DNA of 64,000 bases from Callorhinchus milii (lineage: Eukaryota), in contig NW_024704743.1 in NCBI RefSeq assembly GCF_018977255.1, forward strand, positions 13,518,001 through 13,582,000. The letters are read 5' to 3'. Within the stretch, counting starts at the first letter, position 1. Every line of letters starts with the position of its first letter. Below the pieces are notes generated by a model, which saw nothing but the letters and a program-made list of their open reading frames with translations, did not search any database and was not told the DNA's origin. The translations under genes were made by a program, and so were the position numbers. This document shows positions 13,301 to 27,098 of the stretch, piece by piece.

Positions 13301-15177
13301 ATGACCTTATACCCTGGTTGTAATAATCATTGAGACTCAATGCTGTTCATTGATTACATTTTATAACGAATATTTTGACAAATTGAAGGATGTTTACTCT
13401 TGTCATGTGCCTAAGAATTTGAACACTTTTGCTGAGTGTAATACCCATCAAAGCTCATTTTATATTTTCTGGGCCTGACTTATACCAATTTTATACCAAA
13501 TTCTTTTTGCTTTCACAGGAAAAAGACAACTACAAGATAGAGGTGCTCAAAATTAGTAACACATATATTGGCTTTCACACAAGCTTGATAACTGACCACA
13601 AAGGAAGTAAGACTAAGTCTATTTTAATGAGGTTTTTACTGCTTGTAGCTGTTCCCTTTAAAAGTCGAACTTCTCACTTGTGAACCTTTTGTGAACCACA
13701 ATAGATTCCATTGACTTGTTGCACAAATATAGCAAAGGTCACCCAGAAAGAAACAGCTCACATTACCTTCATTTGAAGTAGGTCAACTGAACTGACGACT
13801 GATTGCTATATCTAAGTCAGCAACAACAAATTGCATTTATGAAACGCCTTTCACAAAAAAGATTGATTGATAGTGCTTGACAGGTGGAAAAATGGACAAA
13901 GTAGTCACCAAAACAGCAATTGAGAAACTTAAAGATGATGACCAAAAGCACAGCTGAAAATATATGTTTTTAGGAGGATTTTGGAGACAAAAGGAAATAA
14001 TGCAAATTGACGTTGGAATAGAGTTCGAAAAGGCAGGGGGATAGTGGCTGAAAGCTGGTCTCTGATGTGAAGCAAAACAAAATAGTTCAATGTCTCATCT
14101 GACGGACAGCAATAGGTAGTAATATATATACTTACACTCCAATAATAATACTTGCATTTCATGCAGCACTTTATTGCATCAATAGAATGTTTCAAAGCAC
14201 TTCACAGGATTGTACTATAACGTTTTAGTGACTGTGTGTTTTGCAGCCAAATATGGAGGTCAACTTGCATACAGCAACAAACATGAACTGAGCATTTTTC
14301 CTCTGGAGGCTTGTCAGCCAGGATACCAGGAGAAACTTGATTGTCTTTTTGAATAACTGAGCCCAATGTTCACAAGCATACAGTGGTCTCGGATTAGCAA
14401 TCGTGAATGAAAACCCTGACTATTTTTCCAATCCCAACTAAGGGACATTGAGACTAATTGAGGTGCCTTAACTACGGCCCCGGCTGAGATCAGCTAACCC
14501 AACAGGATCCAATGTGACCCAAGGCAGATGGAGCATCCTTTGAAAACATACTTATCTCCATTGTATCAATACTACTGTATCACAAAAGAAATTCAGATGA
14601 AAAGGGCCCATTTGATTCTCATCCCTCCAGAATACCCACCCTACTGTCTTCCCATCACAGCATCAAGCTGTTCAATGTCCTGGCCTCAACTACCAGTCCT
14701 GACAACCTGTTCCAATCATTAATTACTCTTTGGGTAAAGAATCAAACATTTTGTCTTTCTCTCCCTCCTGAGCCTAAGTCTCGCTTCCCTTCCTCCTGCC
14801 ATCTACAAGCAAATTGAAATGTTCTTCGTTTTATCCTGTGACCATTTTGCTTTAAAATGTACCACTTGTGGAATATTCTTAAGTTCAGTTTTAGTTTGGA
14901 AGCTGTTTTTCCACAGCTCTTAAAAAGAATTAGCTTCCAAATAAGACTGAGTTGAAGATTTTTCCACAATTTTGCGCAGACTTACATTTTACAGCAAAAT
15001 GGTGTTAAAGATTTACACTTGCTGGAATTTCATGTCTGCAGGTCACTATATAAAAGCAAATTGAAGATATAAGTGCAAAATAACAAAAAAAATGTTGAAA
15101 ATCAGAGCTGCACAAGAGAATAATCTCAAGCACTGATGCATGAAAAGGCGACGAGACACCAGTGGAACTCATACAGT

Positions 15178-15507
15178 GGAGTCCTGTAGCTCAGTGGTTA
15201 GAGCACTCGCTTTGCAAGCGAGAGACCTGAGTTCAGTTCCAGGCAGGGCGAAACCTTGGGCAAGTTTCCTTACTCCACACGCCTAATAATAATCCCTCCA
15301 AAAAACCAAAAACAATAATTAAATTGGTCATTTTCAATCTACGACTGTTTGTGGGACATTGCTGTGCGCAATTGGCTGCCGCGTTCGCCCACAAATATAC
15401 AGTCAATTCACTTTACAGTGTGTTCTGTGAAGCGCTTTGGGACGTCCTCACGACGTGAAAAGCGCTATATCAAATGCAAGGATTATTATTATTATTATTA
15501 TTATTAT
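15178..15507 (+). mobile_element. Young tRNA(Ala-like)-headed SINE, full length
   Basis: A box TAGCTCAGTGG, anticodon arm CTCGC-TTTGCAA-GCGAG, B-box-like GTTCAGTTCC, L2-like 3' end and (TTA)n tail. Many near-identical copies in the window. Confidence 0.92.
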
Positions 15508-15510
15508 AAT

Positions 15511-15834
15511 GGAGTCCTGTAGCTCAGTGGTTAGAGCACTTGCCTCGCAAGCGAGAGGCCTAGGATCGATTCCCAGCAGAGCGAAACCTTGGGCAAGTTT
15601 CCTTACTCCACACGGCTGATAATAACCCCTCAAGCAAAAAAACAATAATAAATTGGTCACTTCAAACCACGACTGTTTGTGGTACACTGCTGTGTGCAAT
15701 TGGCTGCCGTGTTTTGCCCACAAATATACAGTCAATTCACTTTACAGCATATTCTGTGAAGCAATTTGAGACATCTAGTGGATGCGAAAAGCGCTATATC
15801 AAATGCAAGGATTATTATTATTGTTATTATTATT
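15511..15834 (+). mobile_element. Young tRNA-headed SINE, tandem second copy
   Basis: Same family, starting directly after the TTA tail of the first copy. Confidence 0.9.
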
Positions 15835-17939
15835 AACATTTGAGAGATTATTCTGGCAACGAAGATAGATTTCCACAATATAAACACTTCATAAATCATT
15901 CAGTTACTTTATGATTCTGGCAACCACGCTGGATCGGGTTTCAGGCTCCTCCTTGCTCATTTTCCGAATTATTTAATCTGAAATTGAAAACCCACCTGGA
16001 AATAGTGGAGATGAACGTGAAGTTCAGTGCTGCATTTAATGTACAAGAAAATTGTCTCAAATGTAGTTAGTTATCAAGTATCGTAAGTATCTGGTGCCTG
16101 GAATGCTTCTCCTTCTCTGTCCGTCCACTACGTATACTTAATCTCAGGGATACAAATGTGCACACAAAAATTTACTTACATTTTTAAATTCAGTTTTAGT
16201 CTGGAAGCTGTTTTTCTACAGGTCTTAAACAGAATTAGCTTCCAAATAAAGACTGAATTGCCTGATTGCCTGGAATCGAGGGTGGAGGCAGAGAAGACTG
16301 CACAAACTTACATTTTAAGATAAAATGGTGTTAAAGATTTACACTTGCTGGAATTTCATGCCTGCAAGTCACTATATAAAGTTGAAGTTGTAAGTGCAAA
16401 ATAACAAAAGAAATGTTGAGAATCAGAGCTGCACAAGAGAGTAATCTCAAGCACTGATGCATGCGAAGGCGAAGAGACAGAATTAGCCGCATCATTTTTT
16501 TCTGCCTGCAATTTTGCCCCAATCTTCCAGAACAAGCAATGCCAAAACTCTACCAGGTAGTATCTGGTGTGTGGAATCCTTCCCCCCTCCAAGCAGCGTG
16601 AAGCTTGTCAATTCTGTATTTGTAATAGCAAGCTACGCTGTTTTAGCTAGTTAAAGTAACAATAATAATAATCTTTACATTTGATATAGAGCCTTGTCAC
16701 ATTGTTGAGATGTCCCAAAGTGCTTCACAGAATATATTGTAAAGTGAATTGACTGTATATTTTTTGAGCAACTGTGTAATTGTGGGCAGCACAATTCCAT
16801 GCAGCAAACAGCCATTGAGTTTGTGGTGTTATTTAATTGTCTCAATTTGCAAGAAATGTTAAGGAACACTTTACATTTCACTCCATTATTTGAAATAGTT
16901 AGAACCTGTAAAGTGTTTAGGTTACATTGTTGATAAGAGGAGGAATGGGTGTTTGTAATTCCAAATGGTGTCTTGTTAATGCATATTGTTAATAATAGCT
17001 CTATGTGCGTAATTAAACATAAAGGGAAAGACTTTCCTGCCAGTTGCAGTTAATGGGGAAAATCAAAAGACTCTGACCTTCTCAGAAACAGCTCCCATTG
17101 CAGTAGTAACCCTGGTTTCTAGGAATGTTTACAATAACGTCTCTGACAAAATACTAGTGAATAGAGTGATACACTGCATACATTTTCACTCAAATACCCA
17201 TGTATGAGATGCTACAAAACAGCCAGAATGTTGTTTCAGGAAGTGGCTTATCAAATTAGTTCAGAAGGGAGAACACATTGATTACTTTTGCTGAACTGAA
17301 ATGAATGTAAATGCATCAAAACAATGTCCAAACAAGAGAGATTGATTGATTTGCCAGAATTGAAATAATGACTAATAATTGAAGTCCCTGTAGTGTATAA
17401 ATCATGAAGGGCCAAACAGTTAAGAAGTAAACTGTTCTGTAATTCATAATATGTTTATAACAGCAGCATTGTCATAATATTCATGCAGATCAGAGGGGAG
17501 AAAATGGCATAAGAAATAGCTCTTGAGTTAGAATATAGCACTCCTCCTTTACTTGTCTATTTTGCATTTATATTTTACAGTTTAGTAGCACTATGAGATT
17601 AGTTGCATATTTAAACTAGATTTTCAGCATGGAAACATTGACAGGCTTATATGCAGGTGCTTTTCCATCACATTCAAAGCAGAACACTCAGTAACATGTC
17701 CTTAAGATTGCCCAAGGGGGCAGAGTTTACATGACTTCTGAAAAACTGAGAAATAAAGAGTCAACTGTTCACAAGTTGAAAGTGTCCACTGTTAAAATAT
17801 TGTTTACCATAATGCCAAGTTATTTTCCTTTTCCAACTATCCCTTTGTATTGCTAGCATTGCAAATCTTTTCTAATTTGTAGCTCACATTTCCTATGTTA
17901 GTCTATTTTGTACAATACAAAATTGTACAAAACAATTTT

Positions 17940-18149
17940 GGAGTCCTGTAGCTCAGTGGTTAGAGCGCTCGCCTTGCAAGCGAGAGACATGTGTTCGATT
18001 CCCAGCAGGGCGAAACCTTGGGCAAGTTTCCTTACTCTACGCGCCTGATAATAATCCCTCAAGAAGAAAACAACAATAAATTGCTTGAGTATTTTGAGAC
18101 AACCAGAAAGCTGTGAAAGTGCCATATCAAATGCATGATTATTATTATT
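17940..18149 (+). mobile_element. tRNA-headed SINE, internally deleted
   Basis: Head and tail of the family are present and the middle is missing. Confidence 0.82.
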
Positions 18150-18396
18150 ACAGCAACCCAGCTTATGCAGATCTTTTGTCAGAATTGATCACAACACAAT
18201 GCAGTGTTTCTAGTTACAGCCATCTCTTCCCTGACTTCAGCCTATGGGGCTTTATATATTCTCTGAGAAGGTGGAGAAAAAACTATACTTGTGCCACTTT
18301 TTCTCCCTTCAAGATTTACATGAATATAGGGACAATGGTGCGACAATAACTATTACTGTGAAATTATAAAAAAGTTATTTATTAACTTTAAAAGTC

Positions 18397-19975
18397 ATAG
18401 AATCATAGAATCATAGAATTGTACAGCACAAAAAGAGGCCATTCAGCCCATCAAATTTGTGCCAGCTCTTTGAATAGAGCAATTAATGTCAGTCCCACTT
18501 CCCAGCCCTTTCCCCATAACCCTGCAGACCCGTCCTCCTCAAATACCCATCCACCGTGTATTTAAAAGTAGTTATCGAATTGGCCTCGACCACCCTTTCA
18601 GGCAATGCGTTCCAGATTCGAACAACTCGCTGCATGAAAAAAAAAATTCTCACCTCCCCTCTGTTTCTTTTAGAGACTATTTTGAATCTGTGACCTCGAG
18701 TCACCGACACACCCACCAGTGGAAACAGTTTTTCCCTTTCTAACCTATCAAATCCCCTCATGATTTTGAAGGCCTCTATTAGGTCTCCTCGTAACCTTCT
18801 CTGCTCCAATGAGAATGTTCCCAGCCTCTCGTGCCTTTCCTCATAATCAAGGTCCCTCATTCCTGGTACCATCCTCGTAAATCTCCTCTGCACCCTTTCC
18901 AATGCCTTAACATCCTTCCTATAGTGTGGTGCCCAGAACTGGGCGCAGTATTCCAACTGAGGCCTAACCAGTGTTTTATATGGGTTAATCATAACCTCCT
19001 GACTCTTTTACTCTATGCCCCTATTTATAAAGCCTAGTATCCCATATGCCCTTTTTACAGCTTTATCTACCTGGCCTGCCACCTTCAAGGATTCATTTAC
19101 CTGAACCCCCCTTAAGATTGTATTACCAGTCTATATTGCCTCCTCTCATTCATTCTACCAAAATGCATTACCTCGCATTTCTCCACATTGAAACTCATCT
19201 GCCATGTGTCTGCCCATTTTACCATTCCGTCTATGTCTTCCTGCAGTTGGCTACTATCCTTCTCACTGTTTACCACCCTACCTCACTTTGTGTCGCCCGC
19301 AAACTTGGAAATGGTACTTGCTATACCCAAGTCCAGATCATTTATGTATATTAAGAAGAGCAGTGGTCCTAATACCGATCCCTGGGGGACGCCACTGTAC
19401 ACTTCCCTCCAGTCAGAAAAGCAGCCGTTCACCACAACTCTCTGCTATCTGTCTCCCAGCCAGTTCTGGATCCATGCTGCCACTGTCCCTTTTATACCAT
19501 AGGCTTCTATCTTTCTTACAAGTCTTTCATGTGGCACTTTGTCAAATGCCTTTTGAAAGTTCATATAAACTACATCACTACCTTTATCCACCCTCCCCAT
19601 TACCTCATCAAAAAATTCTATTAGATTTGTTAGACAAGATTTGCCTTTAACAAATCCATGTTGGCTGTCCCTAATTAGCCCATATTCTTCTAAGTGAAAA
19701 TTTATTCTGTCCTGGATTATAGTCTCCAGGAGTTCCCCACTACTGATGTTAGACTGACTGGCCTGCAGTTCCCAGGTTTGTCCTTCTGTTCCCTTTTTGT
19801 ACAGGGGAGTCACATTGGCCACTCTCCAGTCCTCTGGCACCACTCCTGTGTCCAACGAAGATTGAAAAATTGTAGCCAAAGCCTCCGCTATTTGTACCCT
19901 TGCCTCCCATAGTAACCTTGGTTGCATCCCGTCCGGACCAGGCGACCTATCTACCTTCAGCGCAGTCAACCTTTG
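18397..19975 (-). mobile_element. 5'-truncated CR1 LINE (decayed reverse transcriptase and 3' end)
   Basis: Minus-strand ORF pieces SPGPDG, VPEDWRVANVTPLYKKG, QHGFVKGKSCLTNL, FQKAFDKV, YKTLVRPQLEYC and RRLRGDLIEAFK, with frameshifts. (GATTCTAT)n tail at about 18397-18419. Confidence 0.95.
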
Positions 19976-20072
19976 CAGAATATATAATCTACAGGGTCAA
20001 AATTACAGTATTCTTAAACATATTAGGTTACTTATCAAAGAACAAAGTTAAAATTTGAAAATCCCCCCACAT

Positions 20073-20292
20073 AATAATGATAATAATAATAATCCTTGCA
20101 TTTGATATAGCGTTTTTCATGTCGGGAGGACGTCCCAAAGCGCTTCAACCGAACGCACTGTAAAGTGAATTGACTGTATATTTGTGGGTGAACGTGGCAG
20201 CCAATTCCGCACAGCAATCAGTCCCACAAACAGTCGTAGATTGAAAATGACCAATTTATTATTGTTTTTGGTTTTTTGGAGGGATTATTATT
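20073..20292 (-). mobile_element. Young SINE, 5'-truncated
   Basis: 3' two-thirds of the family with a (TAA)n tail. Confidence 0.85.
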
Positions 20293-20396
20293 GTGATTCA
20301 GAAATTATTACATTGAAAGATATCACCTGGAAAGATATCACCATCTGAAAAGTTGAGGGTTTTCATTGCAGCAAAATTAACAGGCATACCACTTGA

Positions 20397-20628
20397 ATCA
20401 TAGACTCATAGGATTATACAGCACAGAAGAAGGCCATTCGGCCCATCGTGTGTGTGCGGCTCTTTGAAAAGAGCTATTCAAATCAATCCCACTCCCCCGC
20501 TCTCTCCCCATAGCCCTGCAAATTTGTCCTCCCCAAATAATTATCTACTTCACTCTTAAAAGTTGTTATCGATGGGCTTCCACCACCTTTTCCAACAATG
20601 TATTCCAGATCCAAACAACTTGCTGTGT
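20397..20628 (-). mobile_element. CR1 3'-end fragment
   Basis: Near reverse complement of 54365-54582, with an ATCATAG-type tail. Confidence 0.85.
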
Positions 20629-20819
20629 TGAAGGTAATCTTCTAAGCCTGCTCTTTTTGACTTTTAATATATTTACATAATGATTCTATTGAGTTAAGAA
20701 GTCAATAGAAACATAATGTTTGATTGGAATAATCCTGAATTAATACAGCATCTGATCTTATGCAGAAGTTGCAGCATAAATAGCAGATAGCAAAATCATG
20801 TTCACAGAATAAATAAAAA

Positions 20820-21225
20820 TAATAATTCTTTCACTTGGTAGAGTGTCTTTCACATCAGGAGGATATCCCAAAGCGCTGTGTATTTTTGTGTGAACGCAAC
20901 AGCCAATTGTGCACAGCAATGTCCTACAAACATTTATGAAATGAATGACCAATTTTATTTTGGGGGATTGCAGGCCAGGACCCTGGGAGAAACTCTCTTG
21001 TCTTTTTGAATAGTACCATAGAATTTTTAACATCCACCCGAGCAGGCAAATAAAACCTAGGCTTAATAGGACTTCTGAAGGACAACACCTCTTACAATGC
21101 AAAACACCCCCATCGCTGTAATAGAATATCAGCTTTGACAATGTGAGTTTGAGTCCCAACATGAGACTTGTACCCACAACCTTTTGACTCAGAGGTGAGA
21201 TTGCTACCGATTGAGCCAGGCTGAC
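20820..21225 (-). mobile_element. Older Deu-domain SINE
   Basis: Reverse-complement match to the 22240, 33603 and 57062 copies. Confidence 0.72.
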
Positions 21226-22239
21226 AAAAAATTCAAATTCAGGGAAACTGAAATTGAACTCCTGGACTGTTAAACCTGGATCCATTAATTACTTCTTCAT
21301 TAGAGGTACAGAGTAACTCATCAGCCAGTTGCACACAGCAGTAACAAATAAATAAGCTAGGGCCCTTCAAACTTTAAAAGAGAAATCTTAGAGGGGATCT
21401 TATTAAAATATACAAGATGCTAAATGGCCTAGCATTTTTTTGGGGGGTGGAGGAGAGATTATTACCCCCAGAACTTGATCCGCCAATCAACCAACAACTG
21501 GGTTCCTACTTAATGCTAGGTAAACAGAGGCTTGTGGAATAAGGAAACTTGTCTAAGGGTTTGCCCCGCCCTAGAATTGGACCCAGTCCTCTCACTTGCT
21601 TTATAATTTCTAGGATGAAATCAAACAGGGCAAAGGGGACTTTTCATCTGAATCTCTCATGTAAAACAAATGGTTTATTGACAAAGTAATTGAATACTGA
21701 GGCTGATGATGTGAAAGTACAATGCTCTGAAATCAAAATGTGAAGTCATATCGACCAATTTACAGGTGCTTCAAGTGAAAGAAGATAATCATACAAACAA
21801 TAAATCTGAAAAGAACTGTTACTCAGTTGAATTGGAACTTGTTTGTGAAGCTGAGTCAATCAAACCTTGGCAGGTAAAAATAGCAAATTGTTTTGCTGTG
21901 GCTTTATATTATAAACAGATGAATTGCTGTTTGTTTCTCAGAATTACTATTTTACAAATACCACATTTTCAACACCATACTAAGAGTTTGATGCAGGAAT
22001 AGAAAATTGATGTATCTAGTCTACTGATGTACCCTCTCAAACAATTCCTCCAATTTATTATTACACCAACTAAAACATAAATTGACTCTTTAATGTCCAG
22101 GAACTTGTCTAGTTTCTTTTTGCTCCTCAGCATTTTCTCAGATTGGGATTCAGGTAAGATGGTAATTTTGCTGCAAAATATGTAAACCAAAGTTGATATT
22201 TGCTATATTGCAAATTATACCCCACTGTATGTCTTTTCC

Positions 22240-22630
22240 AAGGTGGTTCAGTTGGTAGCACTTTCATCTCTGAGGCAAAATGTTGTGAGTTCAAGCCTCA
22301 CAATTGGGACTTTGAGCTCATACAATTTAGGCTGACACTCCAATGTAGCACTGAGGAAGTTGGAGCTTCAGATGAGATGTTAAATCGAGGTCCCGTCTAC
22401 TCTTTCACTTAAAGATCCCATGGTAATTTTCAAAAAGATAGTTTTTTCCAGTGTCATAGCCAACAATCTCTCAGAAACATAAAAAAAGGTTATTTATTTC
22501 TTGGCTGTTTGTCGGATATTGCTACATGCAACTTAGCTACTGTGTTCACCTATATATTCACAGTCAGTAAATCCTGTAAAGTGCTTTGAACGAACTGGGC
22601 AATGTGACGACAATGCAAGTACTATTATAC
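22240..22630 (+). mobile_element. Older Deu-domain SINE
   Basis: tRNA-like head and TCAGATGAGATGTTAAATCGAGGTCCCGTCT..AAAGATCCCATGG core. Confidence 0.78.
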
Positions 22631-25600
22631 TATTATAACACAGTTTCAGTTTAAATAATAAAAAATAATATGCATGAATATAAAATTAAATATAAAAATA
22701 TAAAATTACAGGCCTGAACATATGTTATTGCTGTGCTCTGCTGATTTGACATAAAGTGTTGCTTTTATCTTGTCTGGAAGAAGCCGATGAGCCTTTGTGA
22801 GTCCGAATGCTTTCATTTCAAAGAAGACAAGCGTATGTGCAAAGAATTAAAATCAGTGAAGTTTATCTGATGTAACGTGCATTATTACAGCAGTAAAGGG
22901 GTGTGGAATACCCTGGTCCAGCTTGTAAATCAGATGCAGTGGTTAAGACTGTGCTGAACAAAGCAGTTTGCACAAAGCCGATTCATTCAGAACTGTCCTG
23001 TCCTGCTGGCTGGCCTTAAATGTGACTGCGAAGCAACTTAGTGCATCTCTTCATGAAAAAGTGCTGGCCAAGCTATTATTTATTTGTTTGTAATCATCTA
23101 AGACAATTACATAAATCACACTGAAATGCATGTGTCGAATTAAATATGCACAATGCCACTGTCTGGATTTTTCCTCAAACTGTCAAATAATTTAAATGTT
23201 TTCCAAACGCATATTTAACATATTGGTGCTCTATAAGGAAAAAAGAGGTTCAGAGGTGAAATTATGTGACATCATCATATCAGCGTCAATGCAAATACTT
23301 ACATACAGCACAGACACTGGACAGAGAACTATACCACTCACATATGTCAGTCAGGATTCAGGAACTGCAAACTCATACCAAAACAATGGAGATACTTATT
23401 TGATAAACACACAATTTTTTACAGCCTCAGAAGGCTGTAAAAACCAAGCCCATAACAGTATTTGCAAAGATATTGGATAAATATGTGAAGAAAAAAATAA
23501 TATCAAAAGCAATGGAACACAGAAAAGGAATAGAAATAGAGTAGATAGGTTCTCCAGTGGGGGAGTTAGCTACAGTATAGAAGCAATAGGCTGAACACCT
23601 TCTTCTGTGCTGCGATGGTGCTTCTATGTTAGATTGAACTGAATTAGTATGCGAGTGCGATAGTTAGTTGCAGTGCAGATTTGGATTCAAGGGTTGTTAT
23701 GGAAGATGAGGTCTTCGGGTTGTGCTAGTATGGGGGAACAATGAATCTGTTTCTCAGACTCATTCAAAACAATATTGGTGAGTGTCCCTTATCAGTGACT
23801 GCAGGCTTATGTGTTTAAAATAAAGCTGCTGGCCTGTCACAATGTTCGGCACTTCAGTGAGACAGGGGGAGAGAGCCTTGGGAATGTTTGCTGTGGAATG
23901 AACTTAATTATTGTTTAGCTTTTATAAACAGTTTCTGTTTGCTGAATGTGATCAAACAAAATCTCAAAATATTCTTCCACCCCCACGGCTCCACAGATAA
24001 CATCATCTTTATCCAACTGCAAACATTCCTTGTACAGGTGAAGCACCTGATTTTCAGTCTATCTTAGCCCTCCAAAACCATTCCCACCCAAGCTTACAGT
24101 AGTTTTGAAGGGCTCTATGAATTTAAATTATTCTTTAAATGTAAAGTATCAGCTAAGCTCGGTAATGCTATTACCTCTTGGTCATAAGATGAGGGATTCG
24201 AACTCTACGTTAGAATTTTGAGCTCATAGTTGAGGCTGACATTGCAGTACAGTAAGGATGTTGGGCTGCATTATCATTATAAGCAAACCACTAAAAAAGG
24301 CCAACTTCTGGGTCGTAGGATGTCCGTTCATGGCACTTGCTGCACTTTGTACAATGTGCGATGCACAAAAAGGGGCCCTGACATAATTTCCTTCATTACT
24401 GGCACTTCCTGCTCATAGCACACATATGCAGCATGCAGGAAATGATATCTTTCTGCAGTACTTCATGTGCGCAAAGCGCAGGAAGTGATGTCAGCACAAC
24501 CTGACAATCCAGAAGTCAGTCATTGTTTTGTGCAGGAAGGTGACTAATCTGCACCGAAAGCAAGTGTTTCCAGTTAGAATGAGTTCACAGTGTGTTCTAT
24601 AATCAAGGCAGCCCTAACCGGGGGATATAACAGGATTCTACTGCATCTGCAAAGCAATCAGATATTATAGGTGCTATATCAATATTTATCAATATTTAAA
24701 TTTGATATTTCAAATTACATAGATTTTAAATCCTTTGCTATAATTTTTACTGTAAAGCAATTTTCGACACGAAGTTTTGGCCTCTCCTCTTAGCCTCTGC
24801 CTAAATTTTATTTCTTTTGGGGTAGATTTCTTTTCAGGATGTAATGGTTAACATTCAACAGCAAAATGAGAAAAAAATCACCAAAAGTGTTAGTGGGAAT
24901 GCAACCGTCAACATCAAGTAAAAACTGGAGCTGAGAGAAATTTCCATCTCATTTCAAATTGTGTCATGGAATTTTACAGCACCTGGAAAGCAGGTAATGG
25001 GATGTAAACAGAACTCCTCTCATCTGAAGGACAAAATCAAGATGTAGCATTCCAGCATCTGCTACACAGGAATGTCAGCCTTGATTATGATCTTAAATTC
25101 CAACAGAGGATTTGAACCCATGACCTTCTCATTCAGAAACAAGAGTACCACCAATCAAATATGATTGGTATCTACAGCTGGTAAATCTATCACAACATTT
25201 AAAAGGGATTTGGAAAAGTATTTTAAGCGAAATAATATAAAAGGATGCAAGGAAATCATACGGGATCAGGTTCAGCTGTAGTGATATCTGGAATCACCAC
25301 TTGCTGTCTAAATTAAGAGTAGACACTTGAGCAAACTACTTTCAGTGTGAGATTTTGCCTTCAGGAAAAGGGTGATCGTAGGGAAAATATATTAGAAAAC
25401 AAATCTGAAGTTTGAACACATTTTTGAACATTGCATTTAATAGCACCACATTAAGAATAAACCCCTCCACCCTGCTGTTCAGAGAAATCTCCCTGGAATA
25501 TTTGAAGTGGTAGCTGCGAAAGTTAAATTGGGAAGCAAAATTGCAAACAAGTGAAAATGTTTTCAGCTGCAGCAAAAGTCACGGCCCAGTCATTATATGA

Positions 25601-26764
25601 GAAGCACTAAAAAATGGCCAACTTCTGGATCGTCAGATTACTTCTCATTGCATTTATTTTTTGTAGTTGTTGTTGAGCATTTATAGATGAACCTTTATAG
25701 ATTTTATAGATTTATAGATGATTTATTTATAGATGATACATTTATAGATGATACCTGTCTCTCCTCACACCCCTGTAGATTATTTCTTTTTTTAGATATA
25801 TATCTATTTTTTTTAGATATCTATCTAGATTTCTGTATAATGTGGTGACTGTGTACTTGTAGACACATGATTGGTATACAGCAATGTCCCTGAAACAGCT
25901 ATGAAGTGAATGAGCATTTCTTTTTATTTGGAAGATTGTTGTCCAGAACAATGGGAGAAACTCACTTCTCTATTCAAATAGTGCCATGGGATCTTCAATG
26001 TCCACATGCACATGCAGATGGAAACTCAATTAATGGCTCATTCAAAGGACAGCACCTCTGACAATGCAATAATCTCTCCCTATCATTATACTGTAATATC
26101 AGCCGAGGTGATGGGCTAAAGTCCTTATTATTAAAGTCCTGATGTGGCCCTCAAGCTGAAAACTTACTGATTCAGATGTGAGAGTGCTATTAACTGAGCT
26201 AGTTTGACCAAAGAAATTTAGAATTGTTCCAACAAACTTTTATCATAGTGTACATTGTACTTTTGATCTAAGTGGCCATTTATTAGCAACAAAATCAGTA
26301 TGTGGCTTCAGGTATTTTTCCACTGTTTACCTAGCAGTAAGTAGGAACCCAGTTGTTAATCAATTGGCGGATGTCTTTCCTGAGGCAATTATCCCTTAAA
26401 ACATTTTTCTTAAAAAAATAATAATTTGGTCACTCAATCCATGACTGTTTGTGGGACACTGCTGTGCGCAATTGGCTGCCACGTTTCGCCCACAAAATGC
26501 ACAGTCACTACACTTTAGAGTACATTCTGTGAAGTGCTTTGAGACATCTTGAAGACGTGATAAGGTGTTATATCAATGCAAGGATTATTATATTGTTATT
26601 ATGTATTCCATGGTTTTCTCAAATTAAAGTTCTTTGTATCATTTTTAGATACAAAGATGTAAGCAATAGATCTGTATTGAACCGTGGCTCATGGTGTGAA
26701 ATAGGATATTAGGAGGGAGGTGACCAAAGCCTTAGTCAAAGAGTTGGTTTCGAAAATAAGGAAG

Positions 26765-27098
26765 GATAATAATAATAATAATAATAATAATCCTTGCATT
26801 TGATATAGCGCTTTTCACGTCGGGAGGACGTCCCAAAGCGCTTCACAGAACACACTGTAAAGTGAATTGACTGTATATTTGTGGGCCAACGCGGCAGCCA
26901 ATTGCGCACAGCAATGTCCCACAAACAGTCGTGGATTGAAAATGACCAATTTATTATTGTTTTTTTGTTTTGGAGGGATTATTATTAGGCTCTGTGTGGA
27001 GTAAGGAAACTTGCCCAAGGTTTCGCCCTCTGCCTGGAATTGAACTCAGGTCTCTCACTTGCAAAGCGAGTGCTCTAACCACTGAGCTACAGGACTCC
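26765..27098 (-). mobile_element. Young tRNA-headed SINE, full length
   Basis: Reverse complement of the 15178 family, ending ...ACAGGACTCC. Confidence 0.92.

Noticed and set aside
15178..15250. tRNA-Ala-like sequences here and at other SINE heads
   Set aside because: They are 5' heads of SINEs, continuous with the SINE body and lacking a clean acceptor stem.
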